The notes under the pieces are model-generated. The model was not told the DNA's origin. It worked only from the letters and a program-made list of their open reading frames with translations, and searched no databases. 40,002 bases of DNA from Victivallales bacterium. Its GTDB lineage: Bacteria; Verrucomicrobiota; Lentisphaeria; Victivallales; GWF2-50-93. The position numbers were made by a program, and so were the translations under genes. Below, one piece after another: positions 1 to 8,998 of the stretch (its first letter is position 1; every line of letters begins with the position of its first letter). The stretch is from assembly GCA_041666985.1 (NCBI GenBank), contig JBAYFV010000001.1, forward strand, positions 1 to 40,002, given 5' to 3'.

Positions 1-10
1 AACTGAGGTC

Positions 11-1810
11 ATGCCGCCCCAGATTGGCGTATTTTATCCGACGACTTCCATGTACTGCGTGATGCCCGTCGACAGCGTAAAAATCGTGTCCGAAAAACTG
101 CACGAATCTCTTTTCGACCGCGGTTATCACTATTGCCATGTGTTCGAAAAAGCTATTCTGGAAAATATGGATGCATTGAACAACTATAGAATAATTATTC
201 TCCCGTATGCGGTGCATCTGCCGCCGGAAATGAATGAAAAAATACTTGGATATATCAAGTCCGGCGGTGTTGTCATCGCGCTTGGCCCGTGTGGAATATA
301 CAATGAAATCGGTATGGATGACGGTAAAATAATGAACACACTTTTCCCGGGGGTAACTGCTACCTATCTTGGAAACAATACACAGCAATGGTCTTTCGGC
401 GGGACGGCTGATCGATTCCGTTCAAGCGGTGAAACATCGGTTGGAAAACTGTCATTTCTGAAAGTCCCCTCAAAGGTTATCACTACGGAATACGGGAAAG
501 GCCGGATATTTGTAACGTCGGACGGATTGGATTTCGGGCGGGAATTCTATGATGTGCTGGACGGATTTTCAGCACCGGTTGCCTGGTGGAACCCCGATGT
601 GCCGCTGCGCTGCATTTTGCGCCAGGGCAATGCGGGCAACTATCTCCTCGCAATCAATCAATCATCAAAGGAGAATGCGCCCATAGATGAAAAGATATTC
701 ATTCACGGGAATTACACCGCAGAGGATGTCAGCCTGCCGGGGATTTCATTGCCAGTTCAGCACGTTGACGGGATGACCGTGCTGCCGGTGTACTTGCAGC
801 CGGGACGGGCGGCATTGTACAAACTTGATGGATTGCCTTTTGCCTATCCGAATGCTGATGCCGCCAACCGCGCACTGCAGGCGAAGTTATCGCACGTTGT
901 CGCCAGTTTGCCGCCCGGTGATGCCGCTGCGCTCCAAAAAACAGAATCAGCGCTTGCCGATGTTGCCGTTTTGATGGCAGCCAACGATCAATATGCAATA
1001 GCAAAAAAGGTAAACAAGTACTCGCTGGATTTCAAGTGGGCGACACTGCAATCACAGATAGCGAAAACAGCCGCAGTGAGCGCGGATGCTACACCGGCTG
1101 AACAGGCGCGGAAAAAATACTGGCAGCGGTACATGAATCTGGTGACGGATGAAATGTCGCAAACTGGAAACGCCGATAAACGGAAAGAAGCAACCGATGA
1201 AAACATCGCCTATCAGGCGTCCAAGCCGACGTTGCCTGCAAAAAAGCACGTCCTGGCGCAAAAATGCAGCAGTGCTTTGACAATCGACGGGGATCTCGGC
1301 GAGTGGAGCGGCTATCAGTTTCAACCGATCGGTGAAAATGTTCGGTTTGCGACATGTCATGATGATGATGCATTGTATTTTGCCATACAGGTGGAGGATG
1401 CCGTATTTTTCAACAATAACAACGGTCTCAAGGTCTGCCAGGGAGATGACGTCGAAATTTTCCTCGATGTGTTAAACTGCAAGCGCGGTGTCTATCACTT
1501 TGACGATTATCAGTATCTCATTGGCGTCAACGGCAACAGCTATCTGCTCAATCCCAGGCGCAAGGAAATTCCCGCAGAGGTGAAGAGCGCGACAAAGAAA
1601 ATGGCTGCGGGCGGTTATACCATGGAGGTGCGCATCGACCTGAAATCACTGCAGATCCCCTTGGTTGAGGGTTACCTTTTCGGATTTGAGATGCAGATTG
1701 CCTATTCCAACGGGCTCGGCGGAATTGTTTCTGGAAAGACAGTAACCTGGACCGGGATTTCATCGCCAAACAAAATCACAAGCAGCTGGGGGACGTTGGA
1801 GTTACGATGA
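11..1810 (+). CDS. Glycan-associated protein with a GH42-trimerisation-like (class I GATase-like) region and a CBM9/DOMON-like C-terminal domain. It may be 5'-truncated by the window edge.
   Basis: 599-aa ORF. The frame stays open back to base 2, so the true start may lie upstream, although GAGG (5-8) precedes ATG 11. The segment 'YRIIILPYAVHLPPEMNEKILGYIKSGGVVIALGP' resembles the GH42 middle domain. The C-terminal 'LTIDGDLGEWSG..HDDDALYFAIQVED..GDDVEIFLDV' is typical of CBM9-like modules. Confidence 0.6.
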   Translation: MPPQIGVFYPTTSMYCVMPVDSVKIVSEKLHESLFDRGYHYCHVFEKAILENMDALNNYRIIILPYAVHLPPEMNEKILGYIKSGGVVIALGPCGIYNEIGMDDGKIMNTLFPGVTATYLGNNTQQWSFGGTADRFRSSGETSVGKLSFLKVPSKVITTEYGKGRIFVTSDGLDFGREFYDVLDGFSAPVAWWNPDVPLRCILRQGNAGNYLLAINQSSKENAPIDEKIFIHGNYTAEDVSLPGISLPVQHVDGMTVLPVYLQPGRAALYKLDGLPFAYPNADAANRALQAKLSHVVASLPPGDAAALQKTESALADVAVLMAANDQYAIAKKVNKYSLDFKWATLQSQIAKTAAVSADATPAEQARKKYWQRYMNLVTDEMSQTGNADKRKEATDENIAYQASKPTLPAKKHVLAQKCSSALTIDGDLGEWSGYQFQPIGENVRFATCHDDDALYFAIQVEDAVFFNNNNGLKVCQGDDVEIFLDVLNCKRGVYHFDDYQYLIGVNGNSYLLNPRRKEIPAEVKSATKKMAAGGYTMEVRIDLKSLQIPLVEGYLFGFEMQIAYSNGLGGIVSGKTVTWTGISSPNKITSSWGTLELR

Positions 1811-1855
1811 TTATTGCTTGCTGAAGGCACAAAAACACGGTAAAGGAGAGAATCA

Positions 1856-3958
1856 ATGCAGGCCACGCCATTTTCTGAAAAGCGCTATTACCCGATGTTG
1901 TTATCCAACGGGAAGGATGCGGTTCTTGTCGATTATTCCGGGAGCATGTTCGGAGCGATCAATGGGCATTCGCATTTTGAACCGCATCAGGGAACACCAT
2001 GCGGGTGGTACAAGGTCGCCAATGCCTGGAAGACACCGACAAAGGGCATTCAAAGCGTTGTCGCCTGCGGGTATCAGATTATCATGAACGGCGAAGTTTG
2101 TGAGCCTAAAAATTTCTGTCAGGAATTCGATCCGAAACGGGCAACGCTGTCGACAAAAATTATGAGTTTCGGCGGTTGTGAATTGCTTCTGGAATCTTTT
2201 CTCAATGATGAGAGCGTGCTGGTAGAGCGGTATAAATTTATCAAAGTTCCCGAAAACCGCGACGTGGATTTGACTTTGCTCCTGTTTAAGCCGGACTCAA
2301 TGGCAAGTGCTGTTGGTCTTCGAACAGAACCGGAATTCTCAGTAGAGGAAACTTTTACGCTGAACAGTATGGGGTTTTCATATAGAATAGGGGAGATCAA
2401 TGGATATGGGGCTATGTATTGTGATAAGCCTGGTGATTCGATTACCAATTGGGCATGGACAAAAGGGTTTATATTCAAAAATGTAAGAGATGGATGGGCA
2501 GTAACCAGATATCTCGCAGTCTCTGATTCCACGGAAACGACAGAGTTCAAGGAAAAAACGCAAGTGCTTATTTCAACCTTCTCTAAGATGGGGTTTGAAA
2601 AAGTCAAGGCGGCGCATATCAACGCCTGGGAAAAATATTCTGAGACATCCAATATCAGTATTCCCGACAAGGAATTCGAGCATATTTACAATCTTTGCCG
2701 CTATATTGTGAGGGCGCATCTGCATCCTGAAAACGGTGGAATCACGGTGGGCATGTTGTCCAACCTTTGGGGTGGGGGCACATATGTACCATGTGATGCG
2801 TGGTATTTGCATCAATCGTTACTCCTTACCAACAATGCCCACTATGCAGACAAACATCTTGACTACTATGTAATGCAATACGAAAAAGCCTTAAAAGCTG
2901 CAGTAGAGTTCGGTTTGTCTGGTGCCGCTTTCTCCGGCTGGACAACCTGTTTCGGCGAACATAAAGGCAATAATATCAAGGACTATCTGCTTCACCTGAA
3001 GCCCTGTATGGCAGGCTTTATTGCGTTGGCTTTCTATTGGCAGTGGAAATACACGGGAACGCTTTCCGCGGAAAAGAAAAATATTCTTAAAGACCTTTTA
3101 AGATTCTCCAGGGAATTCATTGTTGATAAAGGTGAACTGGCGGAAATAGCGCCTTGCATGGCCGCGAACGAATCGGCTACCGATGTTAAAAACGATTCAT
3201 TTACCAGTATTGTTTTTACAAGGGCTTTTGCAGGTGCGGCAGAGATTTTTGGCGATGATGATTTGAATGAGGTATCCAGAAAACTTTACAGGGGATTGAT
3301 GCAAAATTACGAAAATGGTTTTCTGCAGCCGTTTCCGGGCGCCTGGTACAGTACTGGCCTTCATTTGGATTACTTTTTATTTAATTTGCCTGAGGGAATT
3401 GACAGATCAAACATTTATAATGTACTTGAGTTGTGTCAGACGCATTGGGGTTATAATTTCGAACAGCCATCCGAGTTTTACCGTGACTGGCCATGGATAG
3501 CATCTAGAGCTGCGATTTGTCTGGCGAACATGAAAGACCCGGAAAAGGCTTTTAACGCGCTCCTGCATCAGACAAAATTCGCCAGTAGTCTTGGAGCACT
3601 GCCAGAAAAAATCAGGCTTGATGGTTATCCTATAGGTTACTGGTATTCGACCCCTCATGGCCTGTTCATTTGGGCAATGATCGCCACCTTGGTCAATGTG
3701 GGGCCGTCCGGGGAGCTCAGGCTTCTGTGGGGGATGGATGGTGAGTGGAAAGATTTGAGTTTTCGAGACTTGCGTGTTCCGGGCGGAATTGCGGTCTCAG
3801 CTTCTGTAACAGATGGAAAAATCACGGAGCTGAAAGTCGTCAGTCCCGGCGGAGAAGCAAAAGACATTCCGCTCGACATCAACCCGCTATACGCCTCATC
3901 GGGGATGCCTTTGCAAATACATCTGGATGGGGAAAATATTTTTTTCTGGAGTTGTTAA
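1856..3958 (+). CDS. Putative glycoside hydrolase with an N-terminal beta-sandwich and an (alpha/alpha)6-toroid-like catalytic region. Family unresolved.
   Basis: 700-aa ORF with AAGGAG 6-13 nt upstream of the ATG. The aromatic/acidic-rich repeats ('NLWGGGTYVPCDAWYLHQS', 'WYSTPHGLFIWAM') resemble six-hairpin glycosidases. Sits in a glycan-gene context. Confidence 0.55.
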   Translation: MQATPFSEKRYYPMLLSNGKDAVLVDYSGSMFGAINGHSHFEPHQGTPCGWYKVANAWKTPTKGIQSVVACGYQIIMNGEVCEPKNFCQEFDPKRATLSTKIMSFGGCELLLESFLNDESVLVERYKFIKVPENRDVDLTLLLFKPDSMASAVGLRTEPEFSVEETFTLNSMGFSYRIGEINGYGAMYCDKPGDSITNWAWTKGFIFKNVRDGWAVTRYLAVSDSTETTEFKEKTQVLISTFSKMGFEKVKAAHINAWEKYSETSNISIPDKEFEHIYNLCRYIVRAHLHPENGGITVGMLSNLWGGGTYVPCDAWYLHQSLLLTNNAHYADKHLDYYVMQYEKALKAAVEFGLSGAAFSGWTTCFGEHKGNNIKDYLLHLKPCMAGFIALAFYWQWKYTGTLSAEKKNILKDLLRFSREFIVDKGELAEIAPCMAANESATDVKNDSFTSIVFTRAFAGAAEIFGDDDLNEVSRKLYRGLMQNYENGFLQPFPGAWYSTGLHLDYFLFNLPEGIDRSNIYNVLELCQTHWGYNFEQPSEFYRDWPWIASRAAICLANMKDPEKAFNALLHQTKFASSLGALPEKIRLDGYPIGYWYSTPHGLFIWAMIATLVNVGPSGELRLLWGMDGEWKDLSFRDLRVPGGIAVSASVTDGKITELKVVSPGGEAKDIPLDINPLYASSGMPLQIHLDGENIFFWSC

Positions 3959-3959
3959 A

Positions 3960-4706
3960 ATGTGGAATATGGTGATGTCTTTGTCCGAATACCGCGAGTC
4001 GCTCACAGAATTGACGGGGCTGGAATTGTGGTATGCCGCAGAAAAGGGTGCGGAGCATGGACACGATCTTAAAACATCAGTGAACTCGTGGACTGACCTG
4101 TATTGTTTCAGCGCGTTTTTCGGCAAGGAAATATCGGTTCGGGAAAATGCGGAATGGAATGCATTTCTGGAGAAGCTGCCGGGATATGACGTAGCGGCAT
4201 TTATGGTGAATTTCGAGCCGAGGATGAAGAAAGACCTGGAAAATGCGAGGAAAGATATATCGCGAAGTTTTGCCGGGTTCATGTACGAGTTTCATCATGA
4301 ATACTTCGAGCCGCCGGACAGCGGGGAGCTGCTTACTTTGCACTTCAGGAATTATTTTGCCCCCGATTCACCCTCTGACCACGGCAACGAGCTGGCGGCA
4401 AGGCTCAGCGAACTTGTCGCCAAAGCGCGGGTGGAAAGGCCCGATGTCAGGAAGGTTCAATGCGCCAGTTGGCTCAACAACATTCCGTTTTTTCTTAGAT
4501 TGTTTCCAGATGCGTGGCAGGCAAATGCTGCGGATTGTCCATATGAGCCGAGCGCTGGTTGGTGGGGGCAGTTCATCGACCGGTCAGGCGGAATCTCCTT
4601 GAAAAATACCGCGTACCTCAAGGAACGCGGTGAATTCAAATATAAAAATACCCACAGCGTTTGCGCCATCTCGGATTTGGAACGACACCTCTCCGTCATT
4701 TATTAA
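3960..4706 (+). CDS. Hypothetical protein
   Basis: The ORF-track frame runs 3927-4706. I prefer the in-frame ATG at 3960, directly after the upstream TAA (3956-3958). Its 3' end overlaps the convergent cbiA stop by 11 nt. No motif recognised. Confidence 0.5.
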   Translation: MWNMVMSLSEYRESLTELTGLELWYAAEKGAEHGHDLKTSVNSWTDLYCFSAFFGKEISVRENAEWNAFLEKLPGYDVAAFMVNFEPRMKKDLENARKDISRSFAGFMYEFHHEYFEPPDSGELLTLHFRNYFAPDSPSDHGNELAARLSELVAKARVERPDVRKVQCASWLNNIPFFLRLFPDAWQANAADCPYEPSAGWWGQFIDRSGGISLKNTAYLKERGEFKYKNTHSVCAISDLERHLSVIY

Positions 4707-6108
4707 GTGCAGAGTGGAAATTGACTGCAATTGCAGGATTTGACAAGAAATGCACATGAATATAGCTGGCGATTATGTTGTTTATTTTAATTCCAGTCGG
4801 TGTCCATTTTGAACCCTTGCGCGTTCCCCTGACTTCAAATGCCGGAGTTATATTCTTTGAAGTGAATTCCGCTGAAGACCAGTGAAATTCATGTCCGCGT
4901 AAGACCGTCCCTTTTTTGCCGAGAAAACTGGCGTGTTTCAACCTTGTTTCCCTGTAACCAAGACTGTGAAGCTTCGAGCCCATTTTTATATTGCACGGAA
5001 TGACTCCGCACATATTATATTTTCTGCATCCGCAGAAAATATTCTCGGACAGGTACATGAATCCGCCGCATTCGGCAAAGACGTGTCCGCCAGCTTTTGC
5101 GAAATCCGCAACGGACTTCAGCATTGATTTATTTGCTGAAAGTCTCTTTGCAAACACTTCAGGGAATCCTCCGCCTATATAAAGTAATTTTATTCCTGCT
5201 GGAATTGCTTTGTCTTTCAACGGGGAGAAGAAGACAATTTCGAATCCGGCATTTCTTAACGCATCAAAATTATCCTCATAATAGAAGTTAAAAGCATCGT
5301 CGTAGGCGATTGCGATTTTTGGGGAACGAACCGGTGAATCGGCGAACCGGTGAATCGGCGAAGTGGAAGAACAAGAAATATTTATCTTCTTACTGGATTT
5401 AACAACTGTCAACGGACGACTGACGACTGACGACTTTAATATTTTTCCGATGTCGACATTCTTCTCGCAGATGTCTGCCAGCCTGTCGAACCATTTCTGC
5501 GTCTTCCTGTTCTCGAAAACCGGGACAAGGCCGAGATGACGTTCAGGGAGCTTCAGTTTTTCATCGCGCGGAAGCCAGCCGAGCAGGGGAGGGAGCCTTG
5601 AAGATTTCAGGGATTCCTTCAGTATCGAGGCGTGCTGGTCTGACGACACATTGTTTGCAATTACGCCGATTATCTTTATTTCTTTATTGAACTCGGTGTA
5701 ACCCTTGACGATCGGTGCGATGCTTCCTGCCATTCCACGTGCATTTACAGCAAGCAATACAGGCACATCCAGCTTTAGTGCGACATCCGCAGTGCTACCT
5801 TCGAGTTTTCCGGCCTTTGCGCCGTCAAACATCCCCATCACGCCTTCGATTACCGCACAGTCTGTATTGATTATTCCTTTGGCAAAAGTGTAACCGATAT
5901 CGTTGTCCATCCAGGTATCGAGATTCCTTGATGGTGCTCCGCAGGCGGCCTTGTGGAAGGCGGTGTCAATGTAGTCCGGTCCGCACTTGAACGGTGCAAC
6001 CTTGAGGCCACGCCGCTTCAACGCCCTCAGAAGTCCGAGCGTGATTGTCGTCTTTCCGACCCCGGAATTTGTCCCTGCAATGCAGAAAACATGGAAATTT
6101 CTTGTCAT
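4696..6108 (-). CDS. cbiA: Cobyrinate a,c-diamide synthase
   Basis: N-terminal ATPase 'FCIAGTNSGVGKTTITLGLLRALKRRGLKVAPFKCGPDYIDTAFH'. C-terminal GATase 'LYIGGGFPEVFAKRL..FAECGGFMYL'. The low-complexity interdomain linker is encoded by tandem DNA repeats. Confidence 0.9.
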   Translation of the reverse strand: MTRNFHVFCIAGTNSGVGKTTITLGLLRALKRRGLKVAPFKCGPDYIDTAFHKAACGAPSRNLDTWMDNDIGYTFAKGIINTDCAVIEGVMGMFDGAKAGKLEGSTADVALKLDVPVLLAVNARGMAGSIAPIVKGYTEFNKEIKIIGVIANNVSSDQHASILKESLKSSRLPPLLGWLPRDEKLKLPERHLGLVPVFENRKTQKWFDRLADICEKNVDIGKILKSSVVSRPLTVVKSSKKINISCSSTSPIHRFADSPVRSPKIAIAYDDAFNFYYEDNFDALRNAGFEIVFFSPLKDKAIPAGIKLLYIGGGFPEVFAKRLSANKSMLKSVADFAKAGGHVFAECGGFMYLSENIFCGCRKYNMCGVIPCNIKMGSKLHSLGYRETRLKHASFLGKKGTVLRGHEFHWSSAEFTSKNITPAFEVRGTRKGSKWTPTGIKINNIIASYIHVHFLSNPAIAVNFHSALNK

Positions 6109-6222
6109 AAAACTGCCTGGTTGATTTTCATCTTAAAATATCACGGGCATCTATTCTTTCAAAGATGTTGAAAAATATGATTATATTATGTATCTTAAGA
6201 AATGTAAGGATGTTGTGTTGTC

Positions 6223-6534
6223 ATGAATAGAATCTATTTATTAAAAGAAGTTAAAAGGAAAGTGCTTGAGGTAACCCCGAAGGCCGATATTATCCTATAT
6301 GGCTCAAGGGCGCGAAAAACAAGCACAACTGGTTCTGACTGGGATTTCCTAATACTTATTGATGATAATTCGAGTATTCTTACTGACAAAATAAGACATA
6401 AGATTTATGAGGTCGAGTGGACAACCGGGGAAGTTCTTTCATCCATAGTCAGGAACCGGAAGGAATGGAACAGCAAGAAATATAAGTCGCTTCCGTTCTA
6501 CAAGAATGTTCTTAGGGACGGGGTGAGGGTATGA
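6223..6534 (+). CDS. Minimal nucleotidyltransferase (MNT-type antitoxin-like)
   Basis: 103 aa with the nucleotidyltransferase motif 'LYGSRARKTSTTGSDWDFLILID' (GS..x..D.D). Its stop overlaps the next start (ATGA at 6531-6534). Confidence 0.85.
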   Translation: MNRIYLLKEVKRKVLEVTPKADIILYGSRARKTSTTGSDWDFLILIDDNSSILTDKIRHKIYEVEWTTGEVLSSIVRNRKEWNSKKYKSLPFYKNVLRDGVRV

Positions 6535-6905
6535 ATAAGGAGCTTGTGAAATACAGGTTCGACAGGGCAAAGGAAGCATTAGAGGAAGCCCAATTGCTTG
6601 CCGATAATTCAAAATGGAATACCTGTGTGAACCGCCTTTATTACTCCTGTTTCTATGCAGTTACCGCTCTGCTGGCAAAGAACAACATGTCCTCAAGCAA
6701 GCATACAGGCGTACGTTCACTGTTCAATCTCCATTTTGTTAAGACAGAAAAAGTCCCCAAGGAGCTGGCCCAGCTATATAATGACCTTTTCGAGAAGAGG
6801 CAGGAAGGGGATTATATTGACTTTGTAAAGTTCGAAGAAGCCCAAGTCAAACCTCTCATATCTGAAACTAAGAAATTTCTTGCCCATATTAAAACATTGA
6901 TTTGA
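6531..6905 (+). CDS. HEPN domain protein (toxin-like partner of the MNT)
   Basis: 124-aa all-helical sequence with the R-x5-H motif 'RSLFNLH' and 'KRQEGDY'. Classic MNT-then-HEPN two-gene order with a 4-nt overlap. Confidence 0.85.
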   Translation: MNKELVKYRFDRAKEALEEAQLLADNSKWNTCVNRLYYSCFYAVTALLAKNNMSSSKHTGVRSLFNLHFVKTEKVPKELAQLYNDLFEKRQEGDYIDFVKFEEAQVKPLISETKKFLAHIKTLI

Positions 6906-6954
6906 TTAATCTATGACTCCATTCGGAACATTGAGGTTATAATCGGTAGAATAA

Positions 6955-7143
6955 ATGGGTGTAGCTGTGGATACGGGAGATATAAAAATTGTTTTGATTT
7001 TTGATTTTTTTGCTAGCAATCGTAATCATAAGAAATATGGAAACATCCTTTATTCTGATGGACATTTAGAAGGATTCAGAGGAGGAAACTGGAAGGATAA
7101 CATAATCAATCCTCCTTCAGTAAAAAAAGAAAACTCTGATTAA
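6955..7143 (+). pseudogene. C-terminal remnant of a DUF1559 / H-X9-DG prepilin-like protein
   Basis: 'NHKKYGNILYSDGHLEGF' reproduces the H-X9-DG signature seen in the intact paralog at 21201-21824 ('[14 protein letters not shown]'). There is no N-terminal methylation/TM segment and no room for one upstream. Confidence 0.45.
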
Positions 7144-7170
7144 GATGTTCCTGAATATCGTTGATAATTA

Positions 7171-8271
7171 TCAATGATTGAATTTATAACCTCTCAGTGT
7201 ATAGAGCCTGCCTCCCCGTAAAACGGTCTGTGAATTTCCGATAATCACAAGGGTTGACATGTCTACGAATTCTTCCGGGAAATGATCGATGGTTCCGCAG
7301 ATGGTTAGCTCATTGGATCTGCCTGCGTTTTTTACAATTCCAAATTTTGTATCACCACCCCTGGATTTCTTAATAGATTTGATTGCGTACGCAAGCAAAT
7401 CTTTCCTGGTATGACTCCTGGGATTGTAGATTGCGCAGACCATGTCGGCTTCGGCAAGGAGCTTAATTCTCCTGATAATTGTCTTTTTCGGGGTCAGCAG
7501 ATCGGACAGGCTGATTACTGCGAAGTCGTTCATGAGCGGTGCGCCGAGAGAGGATGCCGCAGATACGGCCGCAGTTATCCCGGGAACCGTTTCTATCCTC
7601 ACGCCTTTGTATTTTTCCTGTTCTGCAAGTTCAAAGAGAAGCCCTGACATGCCATATATCCCGGCATCTCCGGAACATACGACTGACACGTTCTTGCCCG
7701 AAGCGGCTTCGTCAAGAGCCATGCTGCATCTTTGGATTTCACGGGTCATTCCGGTGGCTATTTTCTTCTTCTTCCCGATGAGTGACGGAATTTGTTCAAG
7801 GTATTTTCCATAACCGGCGACAGTGTCGGAAGCTCGGATTGCGGATTTCGCCTTTTCCGTTATCTGGTCATTTGCCCCTGAGCCAATTCCGATCGCCGTA
7901 AGGGTTCCTGTTGAAGGAATGGCTTCCGCTATGGCTATTGTTATTTTTCCGGCGTGGATTGATTTGGGAGAAATTATCATTCCGCCTGCGGCGATTGCGG
8001 CGGCTTCGGAGACGCTGGCCGAATTGATATGCCTCTTAACCTTTTCCGAAGGCGAGGGGACTTCTATCTTAGACAGTTCCTCTGGGGTGAAGAAGACAAT
8101 TTTTACGCCTTTGGACTCGGCGTATTCAAGTAATCCCTTTTCATTGGATTTGAGAGTGCAGGTAGCTATAAGACCGACGCTTTTTCCTCCCATTGCCTTT
8201 TTAAGGGCCTTTGAGATTTCATCGCAGGAGGTGTCCCGCCTGCATCCCAATCCGACTATGTATTTTTTCAT
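7171..8271 (-). CDS. cbiH: CbiG C-terminal domain fused to cobalt-factor III / precorrin-3B C17-methyltransferase (CbiH)
   Basis: 'KKYIVGLGCRRDTSCDEISKAL' marks the start of CbiG_C. 'TLTAIGIGSGANDQIT..ASDTVAGYGKYL' and 'VCSGDAGIYGMSGLLFEL' are CbiH-type tetrapyrrole methylase motifs. I chose the ATG at 8271, preceded by GGAG. The ORF-track start at 8295 lies inside a REP unit. Confidence 0.85.
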   Translation of the reverse strand: MKKYIVGLGCRRDTSCDEISKALKKAMGGKSVGLIATCTLKSNEKGLLEYAESKGVKIVFFTPEELSKIEVPSPSEKVKRHINSASVSEAAAIAAGGMIISPKSIHAGKITIAIAEAIPSTGTLTAIGIGSGANDQITEKAKSAIRASDTVAGYGKYLEQIPSLIGKKKKIATGMTREIQRCSMALDEAASGKNVSVVCSGDAGIYGMSGLLFELAEQEKYKGVRIETVPGITAAVSAASSLGAPLMNDFAVISLSDLLTPKKTIIRRIKLLAEADMVCAIYNPRSHTRKDLLAYAIKSIKKSRGGDTKFGIVKNAGRSNELTICGTIDHFPEEFVDMSTLVIIGNSQTVLRGGRLYTLRGYKFNH

Positions 8272-8279
8272 TTTTCTCC

Positions 8280-8395
8280 GTTCGTAGTAGCGCAATTTAT
8301 TGCGCGTTTTATTTCTGTTCGTAGTAGGCGATTTTATCCGCCGTTCTTCAATTGACGGTGATCAAGAACGCGCAATGAATTGCGCTACTACGAAC
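8280..8395. repeat. Three REP units (A 8280-8310 plus, B 8317-8348 plus, C 8364-8395 minus). B and C form a tail-to-tail doublet.
   Basis: Each unit has a GTTCGTAGTAG head, a hairpin (GCGCAAT-TTA-TTGCGC, GGCGAT-TTTAT-CCGCC or GCGCAAT-GA/TC-ATTGCGC) and a GTTCTT tail. Confidence 0.75.
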
Positions 8396-8398
8396 TGT

Positions 8399-8989
8399 TT
8401 ATATATCCCAACCTTTGCCGTAGTCAAGGACAGGATAGTTTTCCCATAACTGTATCAGTTTATCTCTGCCATGTTCTTCCATATGGCTGTGCATGCTTGA
8501 AGTTTCCCAATCCATAGCGTTTGTTACCTGATGATGTTTTACAGGATTTATGTTGATATAGTTTACGGAAGCCCAGAAATGATTCGAGTTCCTGATTTTT
8601 CTGTCAGAATATCTAAACCATACTGCTCTTCTCTGCGTTTTGTCTTCTTTGTTCCATTCAAATGCTGTTTTCCTATGAATTTTTGCAATAGTTATGGAGA
8701 ATTCTTTTAAATTTACTTTTGCCAGAAAATGATAATGGTTTGGAAGAACACACCAAGCAAAAATATCACCAATCGTGGATATTTCCTTTAACATCAAGAA
8801 TTCAAAGCTCTTTCTTCTTTCAGGGGTATTCATTATGTTTCTATGCTCGAAGTTGGCTGCTGTAAGTACATATGTTTTATTTACATCATCAAAATAATGG
8901 GGAGGTTCATGAAGTGGAAGCTGTGCAAATCTACGGTAGTTGAGCACATCTTGTTTTTGAATTTCATCTAACTGTCTATATTTGTACAT
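8399..8989 (-). CDS. rayT: REP-associated tyrosine transposase (RAYT, Y1 HUH / IS200-like family)
   Basis: 196 aa with the HUH motif 'LPNHYHFL' and the catalytic-Tyr helix 'NYININPVKHHQV'. AGGAG lies 5 nt upstream of the ATG. REP doublets flank it on both sides. Confidence 0.85.
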   Translation of the reverse strand: MYKYRQLDEIQKQDVLNYRRFAQLPLHEPPHYFDDVNKTYVLTAANFEHRNIMNTPERRKSFEFLMLKEISTIGDIFAWCVLPNHYHFLAKVNLKEFSITIAKIHRKTAFEWNKEDKTQRRAVWFRYSDRKIRNSNHFWASVNYININPVKHHQVTNAMDWETSSMHSHMEEHGRDKLIQLWENYPVLDYGKGWDI

Positions 8990-8998
8990 TTATCTCCT

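Noticed and set aside
1818-2087. 89-aa ORF starting at a TTG upstream of the 700-aa gene
   Set aside because: It overlaps the strongly supported 1856-3958 gene in another frame and has a basic low-complexity translation. The real gene has a canonical AAGGAG RBS.
7161-7174. Perfect 14-bp palindrome TTGATAATTATCAA overlapping the cbiG(C)-H stop codon
   Set aside because: It is short, AT-only and occurs once in an AT-rich insertion. That is compatible with chance, and no associated regulator is evident.
8280-8395. CRISPR-like appearance of closely spaced repeats (also the heptad tracts at 13165-13199 and 39886-39978)
   Set aside because: The units are hairpin-forming and occur in both orientations, with irregular spacers of 6-15 nt. 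The heptads are far too short, and there are no cas genes. These are REP-type or periodic motifs, not CRISPR.
8399-8989. IS200/IS605-type insertion sequence
   Set aside because: No tnpB partner is present and there are no subterminal LE/RE-type asymmetric ends. The gene is instead flanked by multiple short GTAG-hairpin doublets that also occur elsewhere without a transposase, which fits a RAYT better.
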